Source: Candidatus Krumholzibacteriota bacterium (GTDB lineage: Bacteria > Krumholzibacteriota > Krumholzibacteriia > Krumholzibacteriales > Krumholzibacteriaceae). Taken from it: DNA of 44,587 nt. Below, piece by piece: positions 8,839 through 17,822 of this stretch. A program made the translations under genes and the position numbers. The notes under the pieces were generated by a model that was not told the origin of the DNA, did no database searches, and saw nothing but the letters and a program-made list of their open reading frames with translations. The stretch is from contig JBFYZM010000195.1 in NCBI GenBank assembly GCA_041309505.1, positions 1-44,587 of the forward strand, in the 5' to 3' direction. The stretch's first letter is position 1, and every line of letters starts with the position of its first letter.

Positions 8839-11154
8839 TTATCTCATGAGAACAATTTTTCGTACGAAACTCGCGTCTCCGAGCCGAAGCTCCGCAAAGT
8901 ATATGCCGCTCGCGACGGGCCTCCCCCGAGCGTCGAGACCGTTCCAGGGGATCGCATATGCTCCGGGGGACATTTCGGCGCGTTTGACGACGACGACCGT
9001 TCGCCCCGATACGTCGTAGATCGCAAGAAGCACGGATGCTCTGCCTCCCCGCCGCGCGTCCGAGGAGCCGACAGTGAACCGAAGCGTCGTCGAGGGATTG
9101 AAGGGATTCGGGTAGTTCTGCTCGAGGCGCGATACAAGGGGAAGCGGCGTCGAGTCCGCAATCGCGTCGACCTGCCACACGGCGAGATCGCTCCGGGCGC
9201 TCGCGTTCGCCATCGCGTCGAAGGCCCGCACGTAATAGACAAAGCTCCCGACCTCGTCGGGCCAGCAGTGGAACGACGTCGAGCCGAGATTCGAAGCGAT
9301 CACGGAGCTTCGCTCGCAGCGCGTGACGGGATTCACGAGATCGACGTAGATGCCCTCGCCGTTTGTCGTACCGTCGGTATGATAGAGGAAGCGCAGGAGA
9401 ACGAAGCCCGACCCGCCCGTAACGAGGCTCGAGAGATCGAACGTCGCGCCGACCCACCCTCCCGAGGAGCCCGTGATCCCGTTCCCGCGGTTGGCCCCGT
9501 TCGGGTCGAGATTCGTCGTGCGGTTGCCGGGGAGGGTGACCCATGTGACCCCGTCGTCGAGGCTTCCCTCGAGATACGCGTAATCCCAGCCCTCTTCGAT
9601 AGCGTACCAGAGACGGCACGAGAGCGTCTGCGGCAGCCAGGCGGGATAGATGTTCGCCATGCCCAGCGAGCACACCAGATTGACGCCGCGCCCCGAGTAG
9701 AAGCTGCTCGAGCCGGCATACGCCCGGGCGCTTGACAGGGCGAAGCCGTTCGCCGTCCAGAGCGCGTCGGGTGCCTCGACGGAATCGACCGCGCCCTCGA
9801 GATTTTTGATCTCGGTGAGCTCGTACAAAACGGGAGGGTGCGGATCCTGCGGATCGACTCCCGACCAGCTGATATCGTACGCGGGCGGATCGTTCGAGGC
9901 GACGGGGTTCATCGCCGGGGGCCACGGACCCTCGTGGAGGCGCGGGTCGGCGGCGACCCTGAGGGCCGCCAGATTCAGGTCGAGCATCTTCTCGAACGTC
10001 GGCTGGATCAGGTTCTCGGGAGGAGAGTACTCCCCCTCCTCGTACGAATTGAGCTCGATAGTGAACCCGAAGACTTTGTTCTTCGTTTGGGTATCCCCGT
10101 AAAGCCAGTCGTCGCTGTCGCCGTTCGTCAGATAAATCGCCCCCGACGCTGAGTTGCCGACTTCGTAGCCGTTCCCCTGCTTGAGAGAATCCCCGATCGC
10201 GAAAAAGAGATCGTTGTCGGGAGTATTGATCGGCTCATATCCCCAGGGGAACAGTATCTGCTCGCCGTAGGAATGGTACGAAAGACTGATAATGAAATGC
10301 CGCCCCCTGCAAAGATTCCTCACCGCCTGCGTTTCGCGCTCGCTGAAGGGACCGGTGCCGCGATACTGCCAGCTTTCGGTATCGGGCGAGCTCCCTTCGT
10401 CGTCGTATCCCCAGTTGTAGCCGTAGTTCCTGTTCGGATCGACGCCGTAGCTTCCGTCGCCGTTCGGCCTGCGGTTCTTGTTCCACCAGTTGACCGAAGA
10501 GCCGTCGTGATTCTGCTCGACGTAGACATGCCCGTCGACGTTGACCATGGGGACGATCCAGACGGCGCGCGTATCGACGAGACCGGTCACGACGGGGTCG
10601 GTCCCGTAATTCGCGAGGAGATATTTCGCGAAAAGGAGCGGCACTTCGACCGACATGATCTCCCGCGAGTGGTGGGCGCCCATGATGAGAACTTCCGGCT
10701 CCCCCTCGTCCACGCCCGCGTTGTCCGATATCTCGATCGCCCGGATGGGGCGCCCAAGGAGGCTCATACCGATCGTGTCGATACGCGCGCGCGAAGGGTT
10801 GGCGAGCGCGAGGGAGTCGAGGAGCGCGTTCATTTCAGCGTAGGTATGGTATTGTCCGAGGTTCTCGTCGAGCGCCGACGGGGCCGCGAGATCGATCCTC
10901 TCGAGAACGGAAACGAGGGCGCCCCGGGATCCGATCCAGGCGAGCTGCTCGTCCGTGACGGCGAGATCCACGCGACCGTCCGAATAGACGTGCAGGATTT
11001 CGACGCCCCGCTCGACCAACGCCGTTTGCGTGATTTCCTTGGTGAGCCTCGTGCGGATGACAGACGACGCGGGCCGGGTCTGCGCGACCGATTCGCGGAT
11101 CGGGCATGCGGCGAGCATGCAGGCCGCGAGGATGATGAGGGTATTCTTTCTCAA
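8839..11154 (-). CDS. Secreted M14-family zinc carboxypeptidase with T9SS-type C-terminal sorting domain
   Basis: TTG start and signal peptide (LIILAACMLAAC). M14 blocks are GAHHSREIMS, VNVDGHVY, NRNYGYNWGY and SYHSYGEQILFPWGY. The tail is LEQNYPNPFNPSTTLRF...GIYFAELRL...RKIVLMR. Confidence 0.85.
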   Translation of the reverse strand: MRKNTLIILAACMLAACPIRESVAQTRPASSVIRTRLTKEITQTALVERGVEILHVYSDGRVDLAVTDEQLAWIGSRGALVSVLERIDLAAPSALDENLGQYHTYAEMNALLDSLALANPSRARIDTIGMSLLGRPIRAIEISDNAGVDEGEPEVLIMGAHHSREIMSVEVPLLFAKYLLANYGTDPVVTGLVDTRAVWIVPMVNVDGHVYVEQNHDGSSVNWWNKNRRPNGDGSYGVDPNRNYGYNWGYDDEGSSPDTESWQYRGTGPFSERETQAVRNLCRGRHFIISLSYHSYGEQILFPWGYEPINTPDNDLFFAIGDSLKQGNGYEVGNSASGAIYLTNGDSDDWLYGDTQTKNKVFGFTIELNSYEEGEYSPPENLIQPTFEKMLDLNLAALRVAADPRLHEGPWPPAMNPVASNDPPAYDISWSGVDPQDPHPPVLYELTEIKNLEGAVDSVEAPDALWTANGFALSSARAYAGSSSFYSGRGVNLVCSLGMANIYPAWLPQTLSCRLWYAIEEGWDYAYLEGSLDDGVTWVTLPGNRTTNLDPNGANRGNGITGSSGGWVGATFDLSSLVTGGSGFVLLRFLYHTDGTTNGEGIYVDLVNPVTRCERSSVIASNLGSTSFHCWPDEVGSFVYYVRAFDAMANASARSDLAVWQVDAIADSTPLPLVSRLEQNYPNPFNPSTTLRFTVGSSDARRGGRASVLLAIYDVSGRTVVVVKRAEMSPGAYAIPWNGLDARGRPVASGIYFAELRLGDASFVRKIVLMR

Positions 11155-11287
11155 TAAATCTCTCCCTTATGCCGGCGGCGCCCGCACACGCGGCGTCGCC
11201 GAACAAACCTCTCACAATTATATGCAGCGGGGACCGGAAAAACAAGCCGGCATTGACGCGCGAAGCGCGGCCGGCCCCGCGCGCGAC

Positions 11288-11316
11288 TTGACAGAATGCC
11301 GCGGCTCTCTTAAGCT
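11288..11316 (+). promoter_or_regulatory. Candidate sigma70-type promoter for the OPT transporter
   Basis: TTGACA (11288-11293), exactly 17 nt, then TAAGCT (11311-11316), about 64 nt upstream of the ATG. Confidence 0.4.
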
Positions 11317-11379
11317 CCGGCCGGTGTCGACGTCTTTCGGAAGCGCGCAATTCACCTTTCGCGATGAAAGCGGTGCGTC

Positions 11380-13439
11380 ATGACTGAACCGAAGAAATCC
11401 GGTCCGTTCGTTCCGGCGGAGACGAAAATGGCGGAGTTCACGTTCCGGGCGGTGTTCCTCGGAGTCCTGATGGCGGTGATGATGGGGGCCGCCAACGCAT
11501 ACCTCGGATTGCGGGCGGGCATGACGATCGCCGCCACGTACACGACCGCCGTCATCGGCATGGCCGTGCTCAAAACCATGAAGGGGACGCTCCTCGAGGA
11601 GAACGCCGCGCGAACGGTCGGCTCGATCGGCGGAAACGTCGCCACCGGCGCGATCTTCACGCTGCCGGCATTCTCCATCGCCGCGATCTGGAATCCGTTC
11701 TTTTCGCTCGAGCACTACATCCTGTCGACCGTCATGCTGGTCTTCGCCGGCATCCTCGGCATCATGTACGTGACGATCCTGCGCCGGGTGCTCGTCGAGG
11801 ATACCGAGCTTCCGTTCCCCGAATCGATCGCGGCGGCGGAGATCCACAAATCGGGACAGAGCGGCGTGCAGAATTCGCGCTTCCTGTTCATGGGCATGGG
11901 AGTCGGCGCTCTCTTCAGCGCTCTCGTGGAGTTCAAGTTCATCGCCGCCGGATGGCAGAAGATCGTGTCGCTCTCCAAAGGCGTTCTGCTGCTTCGGGCG
12001 CCGGGGATGAACCCGGCGTACTTCGGCGTCGGCTATATCATCGGCCCGAAGCTCGGCGCGATCAACTTCAGCGGAGGCGTGCTCGCGTGGGGCCTGCTGA
12101 CGCCGATGATTGCGTACTTCATTCACCGCGACGATCCCGGAGCGGTGACGAACTGGTCGTCGGAACTGACGATGGTATGGAAGAATTACGTCCGCTACAT
12201 CGCCATCGGCGGGATGCTTGTCGGCGCCTTCTACACGCTGTACAAGATGCGGAACAGCCTCTTCACGGGAATCGCCCGGTCGTTTTCCTACATGAAGAAG
12301 TCCGCCGCGGACGACACCGCGATCTCGCGCACCGACAAAGACATCAACATCCGCTGGTCGCTCCTCGTCATAGGTTTCATCGCGGTGGCGATGCTGTTCA
12401 TCTTCAATTATTTCACGCACAGCCTCGTGCCCGCGGCGGTCGCGGCTGTCGTGATGCTGTTCCTCGGCTTCGTATTCGCCGCCGTCTCGGGATATCTCGT
12501 CGGCATCATCGGCGTGAGCAACAACCCGACGAGCGGCCTCACCGTGTCGGTGCTCATCGTGGCGGCGTTTCTCATGGTGGCCATGGGGATGAAAGGGATT
12601 GGGGCGATGGCCGCGGTGCTCGGCGTGGCCGCGTTCACCTGCACGAGCGTCTCGGTCGCCGGAGAGATGATGCAGGACCTCAAGGCGGGGCATATCCTCG
12701 GCTGCACGCCGTGGCGGATGCAGGTTGGTGACATCTTCGGCGTGACCGCGGCAGCGGTCGTCATGTTCCTCTTCATCTCGCTCTACCACCTGGCGGACGT
12801 CAAACAGGTCGTCGGAAACGAGATCGAGCGTCTCGAAGCGAGCGGCGTCGTTTCGATCGAATACCGGGGACAGGATCCCGCGCTCGCGGGAACGGCTTAC
12901 ACGCTCGACGAGGTCAAGCAGGCCGCTCCCGAGCGGCAGAACGACATTCTCGGCACGCGCGCCGGCTTCGGCGGCGAGAAGTTCCCCGCGCCGCAGGCGA
13001 GCCTCATGGCGGTGGTCGCCCGCGGGATCGTCGAGGCGAAGACCGAATTCATCCTCATCATCGCCGGGATGCTCATGGGGGCCGCGTTCATCATGATGCA
13101 GGTGAAGAGCCCGATGCTATCGCCGTCGGGATGTATCTGCCGATCGACACGAGCTTCGCCATTTTTGTCGGCGGACTGATGAAGGGATTGCTCGACCGGT
13201 TCGCAGAAAAGCGGAAGATGGAAGCCGGCGCCAGGGAAAAGATGGGAAACGTCGGCGTGCTGCTCGCCTCCGGCCTGATCGCCGGGGAAGCGCTCCTCGG
13301 CCTTCTATTCGCGGGGCTCGCGTTCGCCGAGATCAAGCTGTTTCATATGTTCGAGTCGCCGTCGTACGTGCCGAGCCTGGTCTGCATCGGCATCATCGGA
13401 TTCCTGCTGATCCGGGCGCCGCTCAGGAACGCACGGTAG
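11380..13439 (+). pseudogene. OPT-family oligopeptide transporter interrupted by a -1 frame change near 13117-13119 (true pseudogene or assembly indel)
   Basis: Track ORFs 11380..13179 and 13131..13439 are the two halves of one polytopic OPT-like protein. Restoring one nt in the Leu codon after ATG 13114 gives ...VKSPML-IAVGMYLPIDTSFAIFVGGLMKG..., a continuous hydrophobic sequence. The frame-1 continuation (SPSGCICRSTRASPFLSAD) looks like junk. Confidence 0.8.
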
Positions 13440-13445
13440 CGGTTG

Positions 13446-13530
13446 ACGCGGGTCCTGTCGGCGATTGCACCCCGCACGTGCTCGCGCGATACGCGGGTCC
13501 TGTCACCGATTGCACCCCGCCCGTGCTCGC
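13446..13530. repeat. Tandem direct repeat, 2 x 40 nt (period 45)
   Basis: Copy 1 (13446-13485) is ACGCGGGTCCTGTCGGCGATTGCACCCCGCACGTGCTCGC. Copy 2 (13491-13530) is ACGCGGGTCCTGTCACCGATTGCACCCCGCCCGTGCTCGC. They differ at 3 of 40 positions. Confidence 0.9.
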
Positions 13531-13554
13531 TCGCAGGGCTCGCTGCGCAGCGGA

Positions 13555-13617
13555 CGGGGGCCCCATCGGTGCCACCCGCTAGTCGAGATGCGGGGACCCC
13601 ATCGCCGCCACCCGCTA
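13555..13617. repeat. Second tandem direct repeat, 2 x 27 nt (period 36)
   Basis: Copy 1 (13555-13581) is CGGGGGCCCCATCGGTGCCACCCGCTA. Copy 2 (13591-13617) is CGGGGACCCCATCGCCGCCACCCGCTA. Confidence 0.9.
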
Positions 13618-13628
13618 TAAGTGCCCCC

Positions 13629-14354
13629 CTAGAGTGCCGAGGCAATTGTGTCGCGAAGCCTCGCAAGCCAGGCCTCGTCGGATATGCCCTCCCACGTAGC
13701 CGGCCCCATGGGCGGGTGGATGGTCATTCTGATCGTGCCGGGGTGAATCTCCTTCGTTCGCGGCGGGTTCACCCGATTGCTCCCGGCGATAGTGATCGGG
13801 ACGACCGGGACGTTCGCCTCGCGCGCGATCCTGATGACCCCTTTCTGAAACGGCAGCATTCTCCCCTCGCGATCACCCCACGTGCCTTCCGGAAAGATAA
13901 CGAGATCGTGCCCCGTCTTCAGCGCCTCCACCGCCTCCTGCCAGGCTCCGCGAATCTCGCTGCGACTTCCGTGAACCACGCCAATCGCTTGCATATTCTT
14001 CAGGGCCCGTCCAATAAAGGGCCATGAAAAAAAGGCCCTCTTGCTCACCCAGCGGAAGCTCACCGGCATGAGGGCATGAAAGAGCGGAATGTCGAAGGCG
14101 CTCTGATGATTCGAGGCGAGGATGACGGCCCGATCGCTCGGTATATGCTTCGCGCCTTCGAGCGTGCAGCGGCTGCCGAGCAGAAACAGCTTCCCCCAGC
14201 GGCGCGCGAATCGAAAGTATAGATCCGGCCTGGCGCGGCGCGGCGCAAAGAGAGCGCACGCCTCCGCGCCGCCGACGCTCGCGGTCGTCGCAAGGCCTAT
14301 CCATAGCCAGCGGCAGCCATACTCGAGACGTTTCAGATGATTACGCAATTCCAT
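13629..14354 (-). CDS. plsC: 1-acyl-sn-glycerol-3-phosphate acyltransferase-like (LPLAT/PlsC family)
   Basis: Motifs are the HX4D block ASNHQSAFD, then FISKR-like WVSKRAFF, and VIFPEGTWG. The start is set to ATG 14354 (MELRNHLK...), 31 nt after the upstream gene's stop. The track's longer Arg-rich N-terminus overlaps the GT4 gene. Confidence 0.85.
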   Translation of the reverse strand: MELRNHLKRLEYGCRWLWIGLATTASVGGAEACALFAPRRARPDLYFRFARRWGKLFLLGSRCTLEGAKHIPSDRAVILASNHQSAFDIPLFHALMPVSFRWVSKRAFFSWPFIGRALKNMQAIGVVHGSRSEIRGAWQEAVEALKTGHDLVIFPEGTWGDREGRMLPFQKGVIRIAREANVPVVPITIAGSNRVNPPRTKEIHPGTIRMTIHPPMGPATWEGISDEAWLARLRDTIASAL

Positions 14355-14385
14355 GCGCAAAACGCGCCATCGCGCCTCCCGCGGA

Positions 14386-15627
14386 TCAGGTCTTCCCGGC
14401 GGCGTCGAAGTCCCTGCCGTGCTTGAATATTTTCTCGAAGAGCGCATCGAGGCGCGCGGGGTAGCTCTCCATCGAAATGTTCTCCTCCGCCCACCGGCGC
14501 GCACCCGCCCCGACGCGGCGCGCCTCGCCGTCCTCACGGAGCAGATGAAGAATGGCAAGCGCGATTTCGGCGCCCGTCTGGCCTTCGAGATAATCGTTTC
14601 CCGCCTCGAGCCCCATGCCTGCGACGCCTGCGGGAGTGCTCACGACGGGCGTCCCCATTGCGGCCGCCTCCATCATACGGATGCGCACCCCCCCGCAGAA
14701 CCTGAGCGGGAGCACCATCACCGAGCATGAACCCAGGTACGGCCTGATGTCCTCGACCCCGCCGGCGAACGAGACGCCCGGGCCCGCCGCGGCGCGGAGG
14801 CTCTCGCCCCCGCCGTGCCCGACGATCTCGAGGCGCGCATCCGGATTCCTCAACCGCACGACGGGGAAAACCTCGCTCGCGAAGAATCGAAGGGCGTCGC
14901 GGTTGAAATCGGAATGGAAGGCGCCTATGAAGAGGATCCTGTTTCGTTCGCGCTTGTACGGCACGGGGTTGAACTCGCCGAGGTCGAGCGCGAGCGGCAG
15001 GGCATAGACCGGTTTTCCAGCGGCGAGAGCGTGCCGCCCGAGCGTCTCCGCGTCCGAGGGGGTGACCGTGAGGATCGTGTCGTAGGCTTCGTAGGCCTTT
15101 CGCTCGATCCGCTCGAGCGCCTTGAGGCGTCTCGCGGCGAAGAATCGCGAGGCGCCGCTCGTCGCAGCCAGCCTCGCCGGATTCACGAGAAAATCGAGAT
15201 CGTGCGTGACGAGCACGAGCTTCGAATCCTTCACGAGCTCAGGCAGACGGTACAGGTGCCAGTACGACGCGAGAACGAGATCCGCCTTCCACTCCCGCGC
15301 CGTATCGGCGATGAGGCGCACAAACTCCCCGGGCGCGGCGTAGCTGACCTGCGCGGGAACGCCGGCAAAAACGGCCTTCAGGATGTTCATTTTCTTGTGG
15401 TAGATGCGATGAAATATGCTTCGCCTGTGGGGGGCGAGGATCGCGCGAACCGCGACGCGCGGCTTTTCCATCTCGCGCAGGCGCGCGAGATCCCCCCTGC
15501 TCAGCGCCATCGTGACGAGCGTGACCTCGTGGTTCGCGGCGAGCCCGTCGAGCAGGTTGAGAATGAGCCGGTCCGTGCCCTTCGTGACCGGCCAGGGGGC
15601 GAACGGCAGCGCGACGACGATTCTCAT
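14386..15627 (-). CDS. GT4-family (GT-B fold) glycosyltransferase
   Basis: N-terminal MRIVVALPFAPWPVTKGTDR and C-terminal RILFIGAF...LEIVGHG...VLPLRFCGGVRIRMMEAAAMGTPVVST match the Glycos_transf_1 pattern. Confidence 0.85.
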   Translation of the reverse strand: MRIVVALPFAPWPVTKGTDRLILNLLDGLAANHEVTLVTMALSRGDLARLREMEKPRVAVRAILAPHRRSIFHRIYHKKMNILKAVFAGVPAQVSYAAPGEFVRLIADTAREWKADLVLASYWHLYRLPELVKDSKLVLVTHDLDFLVNPARLAATSGASRFFAARRLKALERIERKAYEAYDTILTVTPSDAETLGRHALAAGKPVYALPLALDLGEFNPVPYKRERNRILFIGAFHSDFNRDALRFFASEVFPVVRLRNPDARLEIVGHGGGESLRAAAGPGVSFAGGVEDIRPYLGSCSVMVLPLRFCGGVRIRMMEAAAMGTPVVSTPAGVAGMGLEAGNDYLEGQTGAEIALAILHLLREDGEARRVGAGARRWAEENISMESYPARLDALFEKIFKHGRDFDAAGKT

Positions 15628-15735
15628 CTACGTGTCCTGGCTCTTCGAAAAATGCCGGTACAGGAGATACGTTATCGCGTACGAGAAAACGAAAACCGCC
15701 GCGGGAAAGATTATGCCGAGCGCTTTTCCACCCAT
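15628..15735 (-). CDS. 35-aa single-TM micro-protein (hypothetical)
   Basis: Read by hand: MGGKALGIIFPAAVFVFSYAITYLLYRHFSKSQDT. Its stop (15628-15630) directly abuts the GT4 start codon (15625-15627). Its ATG lies 1 nt after the previous small ORF's TGA. It is too short for the ORF track. Confidence 0.4.
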   Translation of the reverse strand: MGGKALGIIFPAAVFVFSYAITYLLYRHFSKSQDT

Positions 15736-15736
15736 G

Positions 15737-15859
15737 TCACTTCCCCGCTTTCCCGTCCCGATGATGCTTCCGGTAGGAATGGTACGCGAGGAGGAGCCCC
15801 GCGAAGGACGTCACGTACGCGAGCGACATCCCGATCACCATCTTGAGTTCGTTGCCCAC
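15737..15859 (-). CDS. 40-aa single-TM micro-protein (hypothetical)
   Basis: A GTG start lies 6 nt after GGAGGA (15865-15870 on plus). The sequence is MGNELKMVIGMSLAYVTSFAGLLLAYHSYRKHHRDGKAGK. An in-frame ATG alternative is at 15841. Confidence 0.45.
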   Translation of the reverse strand: MGNELKMVIGMSLAYVTSFAGLLLAYHSYRKHHRDGKAGK

Positions 15860-15860
15860 G

Positions 15861-16151
15861 CTAGTCCTCCCATTTGATCGTGCGTTCGAGCTCCTCGATG
15901 TATCCCTTTTGCTTCTTTTCGTACCCTTCGGAAACCGAGGAGAGTTTCGGATTGATGATCCAGATCATGACGAGCATGAGGACGATCCCCGCCGCGAGAA
16001 TCGCGAAGCCGGCCGGGATGAGAAGCATGCTCAGCGCGGTCCCGACCATCAGGAGGACGTAGACGATCGGCGAGATGATGACGGTAATCGTGTCCTCCCG
16101 TGTCCATTCATCCGCTTCCTTCGATGTCCATTGTCTTCGTATGAAGGGCAT
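15861..16151 (-). CDS. 96-aa two-TM membrane protein (hypothetical), downstream of the SSS symporter
   Basis: Only the last 96 codons of track ORF 15861..17630 look real: MPFIRRQWTSKEADEWTREDTITVIISPIVYVLLMVGTALSMLLIPAGFAILAAGIVLMLVMIWIINPKLSSV...ELERTIKWED. AAGGAA lies upstream of ATG 16151. Composition switches abruptly from Arg/Gly junk to hydrophobic. Confidence 0.6.
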   Translation of the reverse strand: MPFIRRQWTSKEADEWTREDTITVIISPIVYVLLMVGTALSMLLIPAGFAILAAGIVLMLVMIWIINPKLSSVSEGYEKKQKGYIEELERTIKWED

Positions 16152-16198
16152 ATGTTCCTTTCGCGCATGCGGCCCGCGAGCCGGGCCGGGCAACGCCT

Positions 16199-17764
16199 TT
16201 AGAGCAGCCCGCGCCGCTCCGCTTCCCTGCGCACCGGGCCCCACCATCCGACCGGCCGCGACATGACGTAGAATTTCACGAGCTTGTCCATGCTCTCGGC
16301 CTTCGTGAGGAGCGTCACCGGGATGAAGACGACCGCGCCGAGAAACATGAGCAGCCAGAACTGCTGATAATCCCTGAGGTGCGGGATCACGCCGAAGGCG
16401 GGGAGCACCCACACGACGAGCCACGAGAAAACGAGGTTGAATATCCACGCGGTGAGATAGCCCCACCCGTTGAAACGCCACCATATCACCTGGAGAATGC
16501 CGGGCAGCCACACGCCCGCCGCCATGATCCAGAGGGCGAAGATGAGCCACTCGGTGATGTTTTCCATGATCGAGCCGAATATGAACGACCCGACGAGGAG
16601 AATGACCGTGCCGACCCTGCCGACCCACACGAGCCTGCGTTGGTCGGCCTTCGGATTGATGTAATGGTGGTAGAGATCGCGCGTGATATAAACGGCGCCG
16701 AGATTCAGGTGCGTCGATATCGTCGAGAGGTGTATGGCGACGATCGCCGCGAAGAAGAATCCGATCATCCCGACGGGGAGCGTCTCGAAGCCGAGCCTGA
16801 ACCACGCCATCTCGTAGTCCTTGACCTGCGTGAGATCGGGGTACAGCACGAAGAACCCGAGAATGGCCGCCCCCCAGAGCGCGTTTCTCGTGACGACGAG
16901 CGCCTGCCCCGCCCAGATGCACCACGAGGCGTCCTTCACGGTCCGCGCCGACTGGATGCGCTGCGCTTCGGGGAACCAGTCGATCGCCGTCGCCATCCCG
17001 AGGCCCCCGAGTATGCCGATAAAGAGCATCGTGATGAACCACGCGACGGGAAAATCTCCCCCCGTGAAGCCCGAGAAGCTGAACGGGTTGAGCATGCGGG
17101 AGAGGCCCATCTCGTGGAGCTTCTCGACGATCGCGTGCGGGCCACCCGCGGCGTGCATTCCCCAGATCGACACGAACGCGATCGCGACGAACGCGATGAT
17201 CCCCTGCTGGAAGTCGGCCATCACGACGCCCCAATAGCCGGCCGCGAGAACGTACACGGCGCAGAGCGTCGAGAAGATCGTGAGCCCCATCCACGGCGGC
17301 CAGCCGAAGAGGAAATAACACACCTTGCCCATCGCGATCCCGACCCAGCCGAGGATGAACATGTTGAGAAACACCTGCCATCCCGCGACCCATCCGCGCA
17401 GGAGCTCCGCAGGCATGCCGCCGTAGCGGAGCGTCTGCCATTCGGCCTGGCTGTAGGCGAGCGAGCGGCGGAATATCTTTGTCGAAACGAACGCGCTGAT
17501 CGCGCACCACGCGGCGAAGAATCCGTACCAGAGCCCCGCGAGGCCGTGCTTGTACACGACGCCCGCCACCCACATCGGCGTGTCGGTCGCCGTGTGCGTC
17601 GCATAGACCGAAGAGGCGGGAAGCCACCACGGAAGCCCGCGTCCCGCGAGGAAGAAATCGGCTTCCGAGCGCTTCCCGAGGCGGTAGAAGAGGGCGCCGC
17701 TCCCGATCATGAGGAGGACGAACGCCACGAGCCAGAACCAGTCGAGGAACGCGAAATGAACCAT
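16199..17764 (-). CDS. Sodium:solute symporter (SSS) family transporter
   Basis: Start set to ATG 17764 (MVHFAFLDWFWLVAFVLLMIGSGALFYRLGKRSEADFFLAGRGLPWW...), which has the typical SSS N-terminus FxAGR. The protein is polytopic throughout. The track's 53-aa Arg-rich extension is rejected. Confidence 0.85.
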   Translation of the reverse strand: MVHFAFLDWFWLVAFVLLMIGSGALFYRLGKRSEADFFLAGRGLPWWLPASSVYATHTATDTPMWVAGVVYKHGLAGLWYGFFAAWCAISAFVSTKIFRRSLAYSQAEWQTLRYGGMPAELLRGWVAGWQVFLNMFILGWVGIAMGKVCYFLFGWPPWMGLTIFSTLCAVYVLAAGYWGVVMADFQQGIIAFVAIAFVSIWGMHAAGGPHAIVEKLHEMGLSRMLNPFSFSGFTGGDFPVAWFITMLFIGILGGLGMATAIDWFPEAQRIQSARTVKDASWCIWAGQALVVTRNALWGAAILGFFVLYPDLTQVKDYEMAWFRLGFETLPVGMIGFFFAAIVAIHLSTISTHLNLGAVYITRDLYHHYINPKADQRRLVWVGRVGTVILLVGSFIFGSIMENITEWLIFALWIMAAGVWLPGILQVIWWRFNGWGYLTAWIFNLVFSWLVVWVLPAFGVIPHLRDYQQFWLLMFLGAVVFIPVTLLTKAESMDKLVKFYVMSRPVGWWGPVRREAERRGLL

Positions 17765-17822
17765 GGCACCATCCTGTCGTCGAGCGATGAATTCCCCGGC
17801 GGCCGCTCCGCGATTCCGCCGA

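Noticed and set aside
11218-12789. 523-aa minus-strand ORF
   Set aside because: It is antisense to the OPT transporter. It is rich in His/Arg/Asp/Glu at low complexity and has no domain signature.
13100-13135. Programmed ribosomal frameshift in the OPT gene
   Set aside because: There is no slippery X_XXY_YYZ heptamer and no obvious downstream stimulatory structure at the junction. A simple 1-nt indel (mutation or assembly error) is the more economical explanation.
13446-13617. Possible CRISPR array
   Set aside because: There are only two copies of each of two different units. The spacers are 5 and 9 nt, and there are no cas genes or a leader. It is treated as tandem intergenic repeats instead.
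15861-17630. 589-aa minus-strand ORF overlapping the SSS symporter in another frame, plus the N-terminal extensions of 16199..17923 and 13629..14558
   Set aside because: The alternative frame is Arg/Gly-rich junk except for its last 96 codons. The extensions are Arg-rich, overlap upstream genes, and internal ATGs give canonical N-termini.
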